From NCBI GenBank assembly GCA_951406725.2, contig OX597818.1:4464001-4528000 (forward strand): DNA of 64,000 nucleotides. Reading direction: 5' to 3'. Position numbers and translations under genes: made by a program. Positions within the stretch are counted from its first letter, which is position 1; each line of letters opens with the position of its first letter. This DNA is from Octopus vulgaris (taxonomy: Eukaryota). Under the pieces are notes generated by a model. It ran no database searches, had not been told where the DNA came from, and saw nothing but the letters and a program-made list of their open reading frames with translations. Below, piece by piece: positions 27,507 to 40,276 of this stretch.

Positions 27507-28013
27507 GTGATGGTATGTTGTCAAATTAATGTGGCAGTCCCATGAAAGGGAAGAATACTGCTGCTATTTAGCTCTAGGAAACACCGTTTCCTGTTGACCA
27601 TGACACATTTCCTGTGTCCTTATGTTTACAAAGGGGAGATAAGCACCTCCACCCAGCAAAGTCATCTCCAGAGACTAGTTTCAGAGTCATTGCTCATCAT
27701 CAGTCTGGAGTAGCATGGCTTGCTAGCTGTCGATACTTATCTGCCTTTGTAAATATATAATAATTCAAGTGAAATACATTCACTGATTTCGAAAATAGAA
27801 ATAATACTTTTCTAAATCTCACAGAGAGATTTATACATAAGAACACAGGAAATGCGTCAAGGCCAACAGGAAACGGTGTTTCCTAGGGCTAAATAGCAGT
27901 AGCATTCTTCTCTTTCATGAGACTGTCACATTCAGTTAACAACATACCATCACTTTATTGTACTGCTACTGTAGAAATCTCTCAGAGAGATTTAGAAATG
28001 TATTATTTCCATT
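27507..28013. mobile_element. Foldback element with interleaved inverted repeats and a central hammerhead
   Basis: 27507-27632 versus 27830-27953; 27624-27645 versus 27732-27757; 27793-27831 versus 27975-28013. Confidence 0.8.
27666..27710 (-). ncRNA. Type I hammerhead ribozyme, GUC cleavage triplet
   Basis: CTCCAGA-CTGATGA-tGAG-caatga-CTCt-GAAA-CTAG-TC-TCTGGAG; 7-bp stem I; palindromic ACUAGU stem III. Confidence 0.75.
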
Positions 28014-28977
28014 TATACATTATTTCCTTATATGTAGCCCTTTAATCTAACATTAGAAATATGTCCTTGTATACCTTTATATACCTGCATATATTTATAA
28101 TGTAATATCCTAAACACAATAGTCTATATATCTATCCACTTAATTATGTAAAATTCCCTACTCTTTCATAACCATCTCTGTTTTTATAATGCGCAGAAAT
28201 ATCTTGTAATTTTCTTCATTGTCTTAGCATCAATATAGAGACTAGTAGATACGACAAAAAATAATCTAATTTTACTATAAAAATATGTTTACTCTACAAT
28301 ATGTATACTCATCTAGTTTGTTTATAGATGAAGCTTATCAAAATACATCGTCATTTAACTGGACATATCACGTCTATGTTACTGGAAATAGTGTTCAACT
28401 GAAAATGTATATGTATTTTTATTTACATATTACGCTGAGCATTGTATTTTCGGTAACACAGACAAGCTAAATGAAGATGCAGCTTGATGAATATACGGAT
28501 CAATTTACATAAGCTATTTATATTTGAATTTGACTTCGATTTGATATTGAGCCTTGCTTGTGCATTGAAATCTATTCGAACAAATGAGATATTAACAGCT
28601 CCCCACATCAAGCGATGAGAACATAACAGAACATAGACAGTTTTATCGCATAATATGCTTTAGTAGTTACACAAAAGAAGCAAGGAAAATTTTCATTGTG
28701 AATATTTTCCAATTACAAGACAGCGTTTTCCCAAATTAAAGCTTAACTTTTTTGCTCAAATATAGTAGATCTCTCTGCCAAAACTCGGGTACAAGTAGTA
28801 TCTTGGCTGTTAATTTAATTTGGAATTTTACATTTATTTTATAACAAATTATTTCTTTTTTTCTTTCTTTCCTGTACATACATACATATACACACGTGCA
28901 TACACACGTGTATACACACACGTGTGTGTATATATATATAATACATACATACATATACACACACAAATATGTATATA

Positions 28978-29032
<55 letters not shown>

Positions 29033-29147
29033 TAATATACATACATACACATACATACATATGTATATGATAAGGAAGAAAATGGAGAGTTTTAAGAGAG
29101 AACTGTCTACATTATTTACATTTGACGGATATATCATGTTTGTTGTT

Positions 29148-29193
29148 AACACAACGTTTCGGCTGATATACCCTCCAGCCTTCATCAGGTGTC
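29148..29193 (-). ncRNA. Minimal type I hammerhead ribozyme
   Basis: GACAC-CTGATGA-a-GGCTG-gagggtatat-CAGCC-GAAACGTT-GTGTT; palindromic ACGU stem III. Confidence 0.75.
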
Positions 29194-29242
29194 TTGGGAA
29201 AATTTCAAACCTGGGTTCTCATTCCTAAGGTATTTTTCGATG

Positions 29243-29334
<92 letters not shown>

Positions 29335-29337
<3 letters not shown>

Positions 29338-30676
29338 TAGTTTTATTTTTATAGCGTGCCTTCACTTCACTACCGAGCGCAGCTCTGTGTGTCTTAGGTA
29401 TGTGCTGTGATTTGTTGTGATGCTCTGATGGTTATTGCATGGAAAGTGTTCTGCGTAGGATGTGTGCAGTGCCTAGTAGTGCAATTTTCTGTATGTTATA
29501 TGTGTTTGTAAGTCCTGGTGTTTTTGTTATGTATTTGTCTGAATATTTTTTTTATCATGCCTAATGCACCTACTATGATAGGAATTGTTTCTGTTTTTAG
29601 ATTCCACATCCTGGTTACCTCTATTTCCAGGTCTTTGTATTTTGAGAGTTTCTCCATTTCTTTTAGAGACACGTTGTCATCTGCCGGTATTGATACTTCA
29701 ATTAGAAAGCATTTTTTTCCTTCATGATCTCTGACAACTATATCTGGTCTGTTGGCCTTAATTTCTCTATCTGTGTGTATCGGCATATCCCAGAGTATGG
29801 TTGCTTTCTCGTTTTCTGTGACCTTTTTTGGGTGTGTGCCTATACCATCTTTTTTCTATTGTTATTCCATAATGTTGGCATAGCTTCCAATGTATGTCTG
29901 TGAATATATTCCTTCTTAGCCAGGACTGGGCAGCTAGAGATAATATGATTTATTGTTTCTTGTCCATCTCCACATATTCTGCAGTTACTTGTTATATTTC
30001 TTTTCATTACATGTTTTTGGTAATTTCTGGTGGGGAGGCTTTGGTCTTGTACTGCAATTAAAAATCTCTCTGTCTCTGCTTTGAGTCCTGAGCTTCTCAA
30101 CCATTGCTGGGATTTTTCTTTGTCTATTTCTTTTGTGCTTAGTTTAGTCCAGTATTTACCATGAAGGGGCTTTTCTTGCCATCGTTTTATCATGGTTCGT
30201 TGCTGTTCTATTTTTAGTTTGGATTTCATTTGTTTTATAGTTTTTGTTGTTTCTTCTTCTTCTTCTTCTTCTTCTTCTTCTTCTTCTTCTTCTTCTTCTT
30301 CTTCTTCTTCTTCTTCTTCTTCTTCATCATCATCATATTTATTAGGTGGTATGATTTCTTGTTTGTATTTGTCAGCTTCTTTAAATACTGAGAACAGTTT
30401 TTTGTTTTGCTCGTGTTTTGCCGCTATTTGTATCAGTTTTCCTTCCTTCTGAAGTAGATATTTTTGCAGTCCTATGGTGGTTATTTTATAGTAGTTTTCC
30501 AGCTGTATAAGGCCTCTACCACCTCCTATACGTTGTATATATAGTCTTTCTATGTCAGATTTTGGGTGATGCATCCTAGATCCTGTCATTATTTTTCTTG
30601 TTTTCCTATCTATTTTGGTCAGTTCATTTAGTGTCCAGTTAAGGATATTGTAGCTGTAACTTATAACTGGGACAGC
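29335..30676 (-). mobile_element. 5'-truncated Dong/R4-clade RLE non-LTR retrotransposon
   Basis: HPKSDIERLY..GGGRGL, CRIC..ETINHIISSC knuckle, NRPDIVV..LIEVSIP..EKLSKY restriction-like endonuclease; (TAA)n on both sides; in-frame (GAA)n expansion. Confidence 0.9.
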
Positions 30677-30735
<59 letters not shown>

Positions 30736-30787
30736 TCACTACCTTGAATCGAACTCGGAATCTTGGGATTAGTAGCCCGTGCTCTTA

Positions 30788-30822
30788 AACCCCAAGATTC
30801 CAAGCTCGATTCCAGGCAGTGA

Positions 30823-30894
<72 letters not shown>

Positions 30895-31081
30895 CAACAA
30901 CAACAATATCGAAAAATACCTTAGGAATGAGAACCCAGGTTCAAAATTTCCCCAAGACACCTGATGAAACTTTGGAGGGTATATCAGCCGAAACGTGTTA
31001 ACAACAAAATGAGGACAAATATCCGTCAAATGTAAATAATATAAATAATGTACATAATTCCTCATCTCTTAAATATAGAAC
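30788..31081 (+). mobile_element. Second, inverted copy of the tRNA-head/(TAA)n/HHR-tail element
   Basis: Head-to-head with the minus copy; HHR at 30956-30999 has a damaged stem II. Confidence 0.8.
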
Positions 31082-31494
31082 AGAGAACTATCAATTTATT
31101 AACATTTTGTCAATTTACACTTGCCTACAATTATTTCCATATATACTCTCATTCAAATTACAAAAGTATAAATTAAAATTGCATTTTGAAAATAAAATTT
31201 CAATTTTTCAAAATGCAATTTTAATTTATAAGTTTGTAATTTGAATGAGAGCAGATATGGAAACAATTGTAGGCAAGTGTAAATTGACAAAATGTTAATA
31301 AATTGATAGTTCTCTGTTCAAACTCTCCATTTTCTTTATCATATACTATAATAAATTATACCCATATATATAGGAGCGAAACAAACATCTATAAAAAATA
31401 CCTGAACTTCATAATGTGTTTAATATTGGTGCCTATTAAATGATAAACACCGATACTACTACATAAAATTGAACTCCTGAAAATTTCATCGATA

Positions 31495-32301
31495 TCTATA
31501 TATTAATAAAAGGGAAGTTCAATCTTACTTGCTTGCAATGTTACAAAGCCAAACTGGCGCATAATGGGAAAATACTATGAATTAAGTTGTCCCAGAAATG
31601 TTAATACGAACGGAATAAAACAAGTTAAGTGAAAATAGGAGCAGTAGCTATTGAGATATTCAGGGTTTGGGGGGTATAAATGCCCAAAACGATGGATAAT
31701 GCCGAATAGAACTTCTTCCTGAAAGGGAAGATACTCTAACCCTTCGATTAGATACAGTGATTTGACAATAAAAAATACGATTTGTTTTATTTTTACAATA
31801 AATGTTTCTATTTTCGCTTTTGTTAAACACAATATTTCAATCATTTCGAAATATTTTTAAGCGAGTGTGATTTAAAAAATGTAAGTTGTTTGTACAGTAA
31901 GTATTTATATTTCAGCTATCTTTAAACAAACAATATTTTAATGTTTTTTAAAATTATTTAAAATTATATTTATGGCATATTTAAAAAATACTTTAAAGTG
32001 AAAATGACTTTAAAAATACAATAAATATTTCGTAAAAGGCCCGTTCGTAACCTCAGTGTGAAATAATTTTTTCCATAGTTTTTTTGAATGCATTCAGCGT
32101 ATCTCACCTCTAAAGATTTGACTGCTATTTCTAGCACGCTCTGCTACCACGTAACAGCTATTTGCGATAAAGGACGTGAAATACCTGCTACGTGGTAGCA
32201 GGGCGGGTTAGAAATAGTAGCCAAATCTTTCCTTTTCTGGGGCAAGGAGCTGTTTACGCGTGATTTCGACGTCCCATTCGTTGAAAACATGCGAAATAAC
32301 C

Positions 32302-32390
<89 letters not shown>

Positions 32391-32459
32391 ACGAAACAAA
32401 ACTCCGTTGCTGGAAAACTCAGACTTTCTCGCAGACCCAATGGGTCACGGGTAGTCTAG
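31495..32459 (+). mobile_element. Non-autonomous Helitron
   Basis: A|TCTATATATTAATAAAA 5' end; 3' hairpin GACCCAATGGGTC then CTAG|T; internal (GA)n. Confidence 0.65.
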
Positions 32460-32718
32460 TATAGAATTAAACCGGAGAAGCTTGGATGTAAACATCCCTT
32501 TTAAGAGGAATCTATATCGTCACAATAATACACACACACGCACACATATATATATATATATATACACACACATGAAGTGATGAAAGGTGAAGGGCAAATG
32601 GAAAAGAGATGAAGAGAGAGAGGGAGAGAGAGAGGAGGAGGAGGAGAAAGAAGAATATATATTCCTTTCTTTTCAGTGCAATAAGTAGCTGTAGAAATAC
32701 TGATAATGACTGACTTAC

Positions 32719-32943
32719 CATTCATACAAATATATTGAATCACATTTTTAGCATCAGGTAGGCAGATCTTTTGTGTATATCCGTTGAATTCAGATTCACA
32801 GTTCTGTCTCTTGTTGCAATAATATTGTATCATGCCCATTATTTTCCAGTCCTGTTCTCCATTATTTGTATAATTGCGAATGGCTATTTTGCTTCCAATC
32901 GAACAGTAAGGTTTCTCATAGCAAATATCTGCCTCACAAAATC
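32719..32943 (-). CDS. Host-gene exon, divergent SUEL/galactose-lectin-like Cys module
   Basis: 225 nt open frame FCEADICYEKPYCSIGSKIAIRNY...YYCNKRQNC...KICLPDAKNVIQYICMN; acceptor gtattgcAG; donor GTAAGT; phase 1-1. Confidence 0.7.
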
Positions 32944-33649
32944 CTGCAATACAATCAAATAATTAGTACGTATGCAATACCATTCAGCTTTACTCTTCTC
33001 GTTATTGTTATCGTTGTTGTTAAGCACCTTGTCAACATTGACGTAACTGTTCTAGATTATGTTCAGACATATTTATGAATATCACAACTAAGAGCTGTTG
33101 CCGATTGAATGAGCGCCGATGCACACCAAATATGAAAGGCAAAGCCGACTCAGCGGAGATTTGAATTCAGAGATGTAATTGGTTAGGCCCTTGAATAATT
33201 AGAGATGATTTGTATATTTAAAAAAGAGAATCCGGAAAGTAACGCAAAGCAACTGACTGTTGGGGGTCATGTTGCAGCGATGACGATAATGGTAATGGAA
33301 GAGAGAAAGAGAGGGAGAGAGGTGGTCACAGTTTGCTGTTGTAGGGGTTGTATTGATTACTGGTCAGACTGGTAAATGAATAAACTGTAAAAGTTACATA
33401 AAAGCTGCCCTTATTCGTACCAGACCATGCGATTCATATATAGCTTCTGTAAAGACTTTAATTGTTCTATAACTGGATGACATTCAGTTACTCATCTGAG
33501 TGATAAAATTGCTACTAGTCTCTCGACAATGTGAACTGAGACAAGAAAGAGTTGTACCTCGTACTGCGGCACAGTACAGGGTAAAGTTTATATACATGAT
33601 CCTTTACTAGCCTTTGTATACATAATCCTTTATTTAGTAGTCTTATGCT

Positions 33650-34460
33650 GGATCTTTATCTTTTGACCTACAGATTTAAAAAATAATTTCAAACTTCGGA
33701 CACTTGTAGAATGTGTCATATAAAACATATTTTACTCTTAGCATTTTTGAGAAAAACTTATATTTACGAAGTTATTTCACGTTAAAGTTCTTGCATTTCG
33801 GTAATTCCAACCAATCAATGATGTGTATTCAGCTAAATAAAATTACTGCTGTTGTTTGTCAACAAGAACTTCCGGCTGTGTATTTTTCGTTTGTCACTGT
33901 TATTTATGACAACCCTAACCCTAAAACCTTAACCCTAACTCTAACTCTAAAACCCTAACCCTAAAACCATAATCCTAACACCCTAACCCTAAAACCATAA
34001 TCCTAACACCCTAACCCTAAAACCATAATCCTAACACCCTAACCCTAAAATCCTAACCCTAAAACCATAATCCTAACACTCTAACCCTAAAACCCTAACC
34101 TTAACCCTAAAGCCCTAACCCTAACCCTAACCCTAAAACCTTAAAACCAGTACAAACGCACGAACGATGTCATAAACGATGTGACAAACGAAAAGTACAC
34201 CACCGATAGTTATTTGTCAACAACAACTATCGGTGTAATTTTATTCAGTAATTTTATTCAGCTGAATACAGGTCATTGATTGGTTGAAATTACCGAAACA
34301 CGAGAACTTTAACGTGAAATAACTTCGTAAATATGTTTTTCTCAAAAATGCTAAGAGTAAAAGATGTTTTATATGACACATTCTATCAGTGTCCGAAGTT
34401 TGAAAGTGTTTAGTTACAAAAAAATATTTTTTAAACCTGTAGGTCAAAAGGTAAAGATCC
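33650..34460. mobile_element. MITE with ~250 bp TIRs (GGATCTTT.. ends) and an internal degenerate (CCCTAA)n array
   Basis: 33650-33900 is inverse to 34185-34460; telomere-like repeats at 33910-34148. Confidence 0.85.
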
Positions 34461-34733
34461 GATCTTTGCAGCCAAATCGCTAACTGTAGTGTGCCAGTAG
34501 GTTTATAAAAAAAATTCTGTTAAGAATTTATGCTATAATGACATGACCATAACAGAAGATCCAAGAATTAGAGCAAAACGTGGGGCAGTGCGTGTATATT
34601 ATATGTAGCCCAAAGGATAAAAAAATGATATACGAAAATTAGTTATTTGTTCGGACATTGATCCTTGAATGAAGAAAGGGATAGCAAAAAAAAAACGAAG
34701 TCAGTTGTGGCAAAGCTAGAGAAAGAAAAGAGA

Positions 34734-34820
<87 letters not shown>

Positions 34821-34885
34821 TAAACAAGAATAAAGAAAAGTGGATAAAAACTAAAGGCATGGTGCATGCTAATATGAAGATAATC

Positions 34886-34968
34886 CAGTTCTATATTTGT
34901 CTTCATCTTGTGTTAACACAACAAACAAGATGAAGACAAATATTCATCAAATGTAAATAATGTAAATG
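34886..34968. mobile_element. Tiny inverted-dimer fragment of the HHR-tail element with a 12-bp TSD
   Basis: ATGAAGATAATC at 34874-34885 and 34969-34980; insert is 'atatttgtcttcatcttgt' / 'acaagatgaagacaaatat'. Confidence 0.7.
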
Positions 34969-35530
34969 ATGAAGATAATCGATTACGATTGACAACTGTA
35001 TTATTGTCACTGTTTAGCATACTCCGAAGTCTTTGATTATGTTATCAGACAATAAATTTGAGACGCAGATTCAATGAAAACAAGGATATCATAAATTTTC
35101 TTGAAGTAAACTTATTTACTGTTACTGTAGGTCAACTCCCTATTTTAAATTATCCTGAATAATCGGATACATATACTTTACAGACTAATTAAAAAAAACC
35201 CTCTTAAAGTAGTATATTGTGCTCGTCAGTCAAGTACTTGCCTACTTCTGTCCATCCGCTAATTAGTTTGCTTTTACTGGTGACACTTGTTACCGCATCC
35301 GGTAACTTTTCAAGCTCTGTATTTAGTACCTCTTTTAAGCAAACATCTTAAAGAAAAAAAATAGTTGCTGCTTCAATATATAAATGTTAAAACATGCATC
35401 ATGACCCCAGAGTGAACGAAATTATATTTTAGGAGAATGATGCCAGTTAAAAACCAAAGACTAATATATATATTCAAATGCACGCCAGTACCACACACAC
35501 ACACATAAACACACAAATATAGACTTCATA

Positions 35531-35584
<54 letters not shown>

Positions 35585-35598
35585 TATGTATATGTATA

Positions 35599-35648
<50 letters not shown>

Positions 35649-35811
35649 TATATACACATACACACACACACACATACACACACACCCCACACACACACAC
35701 ACACACATATATATATACATATTGTGTTAGGGGCTGTGTACAGATATTGAATACTGAGAAAAGAGGTCGCCAGAATTTTGGAAAAAGAACTTTTTTTTTA
35801 TTTAGTAATTA

Positions 35812-35856
35812 TTAAATAGCGCTTTCGTTCGTTTTTCGAACTTGTCAAATTAATTT
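35812..35856 (-). ncRNA. Degenerate hammerhead in the 3' region of the minus-strand PLE
   Basis: taat-TTGACAA-GTTCG-aaaaa-CGAAC-GAAA-GCGC-TA-ttta. Confidence 0.45.
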
Positions 35857-36282
35857 CTTTTGTGAATGTACAAATTGTTTATCTATGTAAAACATGTTTT
35901 TTTGTTTTGTTTAGAAGAGAACATTGTTTTTTTTTTCGTTTTTTTTGTGAAGTTCCAGGACAATGGAGATCGATAGATAGGTAGATAGGTAAATAGATAG
36001 ATAGACAGACAGGAAGATAGACAGGCAGACAGACAGAAATACAAGTAGAGAGAGAGGGGGAGGAAGGGACCTTCCTTTAATTTTGACTTCCGTTTATTTA
36101 TTTATTTAGTCATTTACCATTTTATTGAAATGAGTTCAAGGAGGATGATCTCTCATAGGATGGGGTGCGGTCATTGCATTTTTGTTTTTTCTCTCTTTTT
36201 TTTTCCATCTGTCCTTTTTCTTCTTTTTCTTAAGGTGCCAGAGGGAAGATAAAAGGTTCTATGATAATTTAAATATATATGG

Positions 36283-36327
<45 letters not shown>

Positions 36328-36712
36328 TGTGTATGCGCGTATGTGTACCTATGAGGTAATGTATTTGGAAATATGTCTGTCTACACTGTGTAATTTCGAT
36401 GTTTTGCATTGGAAAATAAAATCAGGTTTCTTTTAGTGTCATGTTTTTGCATGAAAAAACATTAGTACAATTTTATTTTATTTTATCTAGTTTCAGCTCA
36501 CGAGCTGTGGCCATGCTGGGGCACCGCCATATTTACAAATTAGAACAATAAAATCCAGTTTTATAGAGATGAGTATCATGCTATAAATATTGGGGCAGAA
36601 ACAACAGTAATAGTGTATTTTTTCCCCTTAAGGTGTCTTTCAATTTCATGTTTTGCATGAACAAACAATATTTAAAAGTTAGAAAAATACGTAAAACTAG
36701 AATATCCCAATG

Positions 36713-36767
<55 letters not shown>

Positions 36768-36849
36768 CCTGAATATTTATAGAGAAGAGTATTATGTTTC
36801 CAATATTGAAGCTACATTTAGAATTATAAATGCAAATTCTCCGCTTCTC

Positions 36850-38275
36850 TTTCAAACGTTCAATTTTGGAGAGAACTTTTTGATGAAGTGTAGCTCCATT
36901 GCTTTGCGGGTTTTCCAGTGAACATTTAAAAAAGGGAAATATTTTGAATTTTCCGTCACAGCATATTTACAGATGCTTGCTTAACGGAATCTTACGTAAT
37001 TCCTCTGGTCGGTGGAGGTAATTACTTGTTTCGCCAATGTAATTTTCTTTGCAGCTTGGGAAGGTAATGCAGTATATGAGGTTCTGCGTTTTGCAGTTCA
37101 TATCTGAATTTATTTTGAAAAGGGATCCGCTCTTGAATTTTATGTGGGAACCACTTTCCAAGTATTTAAAGTTGTTGTTACTGTTGCATGTTCCACATCT
37201 CCAATCTCTACATTCTTTTACTAAGAATTCTGATTCATTCTCTGATGTGAATTCTGCTCTTGTAAGGTGTTTTGTAAGATTTTTGGTTTGCGGCTACGAT
37301 TACGTAAGGGTTTTTTTCAACCAGATTTTTCCTTTTGGAGTTTTGTAGGAGTATAGGTAAGTTCGATTTTATGGCGTGAAAGATGTTAGTTATCCTAGGA
37401 CTGTGTGTCAACAAACGGGATCGTGTGTTCATTTGTTTTTTTTCTTAGGTGTCCGTAGTTGGGTGATGCTTAGTTTCATCGCCTTTTTTATTCCCTCATT
37501 AATTAATCCTAAGGGGTATTTCTGCATTGTGAGGAAGCCTTTGAGCTCACTGAGTCGGATTTCCCGTATTTTGGGGTCAGTCACTATAGCACAGTTGCGT
37601 CTTGCCATGCTGTATGGGATGTTTCTTTTGATGCGTGATGGATGGAAAGAGTAGAAATTTAAATATCGGTGTGCGTCAGTTTTTCTTTGTAAAATATGTC
37701 TGTTGTGACTGTGGAGTTCTGTATTTTTATGTGGATATCAATTGTAACTGGATTCTGTCGTGAACTTGATGGATGGGTGAAGTGTGCTCAGTGTATTGTT
37801 AAATATACTTAGGTCCTCATTTGATCTGTCCCCCTTAAATGAAGCCATCATCAAGGAAGCGGTCCCCCCTTTTAATGATATATTTCTTGAACTCCATATC
37901 AAAAGTTTTCTCTACTTCCTCATAAAGTTTTTCCTTCAAGTATCCCATGACTAAGTACGCATATGAGGGTGCAAACTGCGTCCCCATCGCCGTGCCCTTT
38001 AACTGTCGATATGTTTTATTATCGAATCTAAAGGGATTTTCTTCTAGTGCCAGGCGTGTAGCCTTCGTGACGAATTCAGTCTCGAAGCGTTCGTTTATCC
38101 GTCCTCTATGTTTCTCTACCCAGTGCTGGACTGCTTCTAGGCCTAAAGCGTGAGGTATATTGGTATAATGATTGGTGAAATCGAAACCTGTAAGTATAAT
38201 AGCTTCTGGGACAGTGGGTGGAATGTGCTGCACGAAATCTATGCCATCTCGTGTATAACTGGGTATTAAAGGGCT
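36850..38275 (-). mobile_element. 5'-truncated degenerate Penelope-like (Neptune-type) RT + GIY-YIG
   Basis: DFTNHYTNIP, KGTAMGTQFAPSYA, RFLDDGFI, linker CRDWRCGTC, NLIYCITFPSCKENYIGET. Confidence 0.9.
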
Positions 38276-38287
38276 TATATATATATG

Positions 38288-38366
<79 letters not shown>

Positions 38367-38457
38367 TGATAATAATGATAATAATAAGAGGGAATATTTT
38401 TCCAAACTTACAAGGAAAAATTCAATTTAGAAATACTAAATCAAATTTCACAAAGCA

Positions 38458-40232
38458 TAATATATATAAATTAGAAAAAACCACCTTTTTTCAATTCAAT
38501 AATGAAAAATTAGATTATACAATCCACAAAAATTACGTATTATAGAAAGATTAAATATAAGATATAACATATAAAAATGATTAAGTAATGTGCAAAATAA
38601 TAAATAAAACGTATATATTTGGTAGAATAACGACACGTGTTTCGTGGCTATATTTAAGAAATGATAATAGTAGAAATAATAATAGTAGTAGTAGTAAAAT
38701 CACTTCAATACAAATATAGCCACTCTTCAGGTTAAAGATAATAACAATAATAAAATAATTAATTAGGTAAATTAATAAATATACATAAATGATCTCGTAA
38801 AATACGAAATACCTTAACAAATATATTCTTCTTTAAAAAATAAGATAGAATTAATTAAAATATTTAAAACATATATATATATATATATAAATACACACAC
38901 ACACACACACACACATACACACACACACATATATATAAGATACAAAATATACATTAAGTGAAACCTATAATTTATAAGTGAAATACTATAATTTAGACTA
39001 TAAACATTAAATTAAATTATTAATTTATTTATTCATTTAATAAACATCTAAATAAAATCTTATACTCATTAAGTAATTTATATTAAAACCTGAATGTTAA
39101 GTAATATACATAATGTTAGTACAAGCTATATATATTGGAATTAAAAATAGGAAATGGTTCAAATTAGATAAACTAACTATATTATTAATATATATGTAGT
39201 TTAGATTTAGATTTAGATTTATATATAGATTTAATATTTTACTAAATAATAAAATTGGCCAAAATATCAATTAATATAAAACTAATTTACTTAAATATAA
39301 TACTACGTAATAAATAGACCACCTATTAAATAATGTATTGTCTTACAAAACTAAATCTCAAATTAAATTATATGTAATACGTTAAATCACATTATAAAAA
39401 TAATAATAAAGCATAATAAATAAATAGATATACATATCATAACTAATAATTATCAAGAAATTATATATAAAATTAATATTTTAATAACAATAATAATAAC
39501 AATAATAATAATCAAACTTAATACATTTCAAAAGTTAAATAATATTGTTAAATAAAAAAACGTTTCTTAGCTTGTCGATGAAAATATTATAACTGAATTT
39601 TAAACGTAAAAATGTTGGTCTTAGCGTTTTTTATTTAACAATATTATTTAACTTTTGAATTGTATTAAGTTTGATTATTATTGTTATTATTATTGTTAAA
39701 ATATAAATTTTATATATAATTTCTTGATAATTATTAGTTATGATATGTATATCTATTTATTTATCATGCTTTATTATTATTTTTATAATGTGATTTAACG
39801 TATTACATATAATTTAATTTGAGATTTAGTTTTGTAAGACAATACATTATTTAATAGGTGGTCCATTTATTACGTAGTATTACATTTAAGTAAATTAGTT
39901 TTATATTAATTGATATTTTGGTCAACTTTATTATTGAGTAAAATATTAAATCTATAGATACTACATATATATTAATAATATAGTTAGTTTATGTAATAGG
40001 TGTGTATATATTTGAACCATTTTCTATTTTTAATTCCAATATTTATAGCTTGTACTAAACATTATGTATATTACTTAACGTTAATGTTTTAATATAAATT
40101 GCTTAATGAGTATAAGATTTTATTTAGATATTTATTAAATGAATAAATAAATTAATAATTTAATTTAATGTTTATAGTTTAAATTATAGTATTTCACTTG
40201 TAAATTATAGTTTTCACTTAATGTATATTTTG

Positions 40233-40276
<44 letters not shown>

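Larger units (their letters stand above)
29108..30790 (-). mobile_element. tRNA-head/(TAA)n/HHR-tail SINE-like element, interrupted by a Dong/R4 insertion
   Basis: tRNA-like head with B-box GAGTTCGATTC at 30732-30790; TAA tract split into 30677-30731 and 29244-29334; HHR tail 29108-29243. Confidence 0.75.
29063..31347. mobile_element. Palindromic MITE-like element split by a 2 kb composite insertion
   Basis: 31080-31318 is a near-perfect ~115 bp-arm palindrome; its right end (31319-31347) pairs with 29063-29104; AGAGAACT occurs at 29097-29104 and 31082-31089 (candidate TSD). Confidence 0.65.

Noticed and set aside
31529-31741. Possible CUB-like exon (GIIHRFGHLYPPN..C.Y) with phase-1 splice sites
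   Set aside because: It has an in-frame TAG and lies inside the predicted Helitron; resemblance is probably chance, though capture is not excluded.
33910-34148. True telomere or chromosome-fusion scar
   Set aside because: The repeats are degenerate, single-orientation and enclosed by MITE TIRs.
35242-35333. Possible small minus-strand exon with a GC donor (EVLNTELEKLPDAV...)
   Set aside because: Non-canonical donor, weak acceptor and no recognisable motif.
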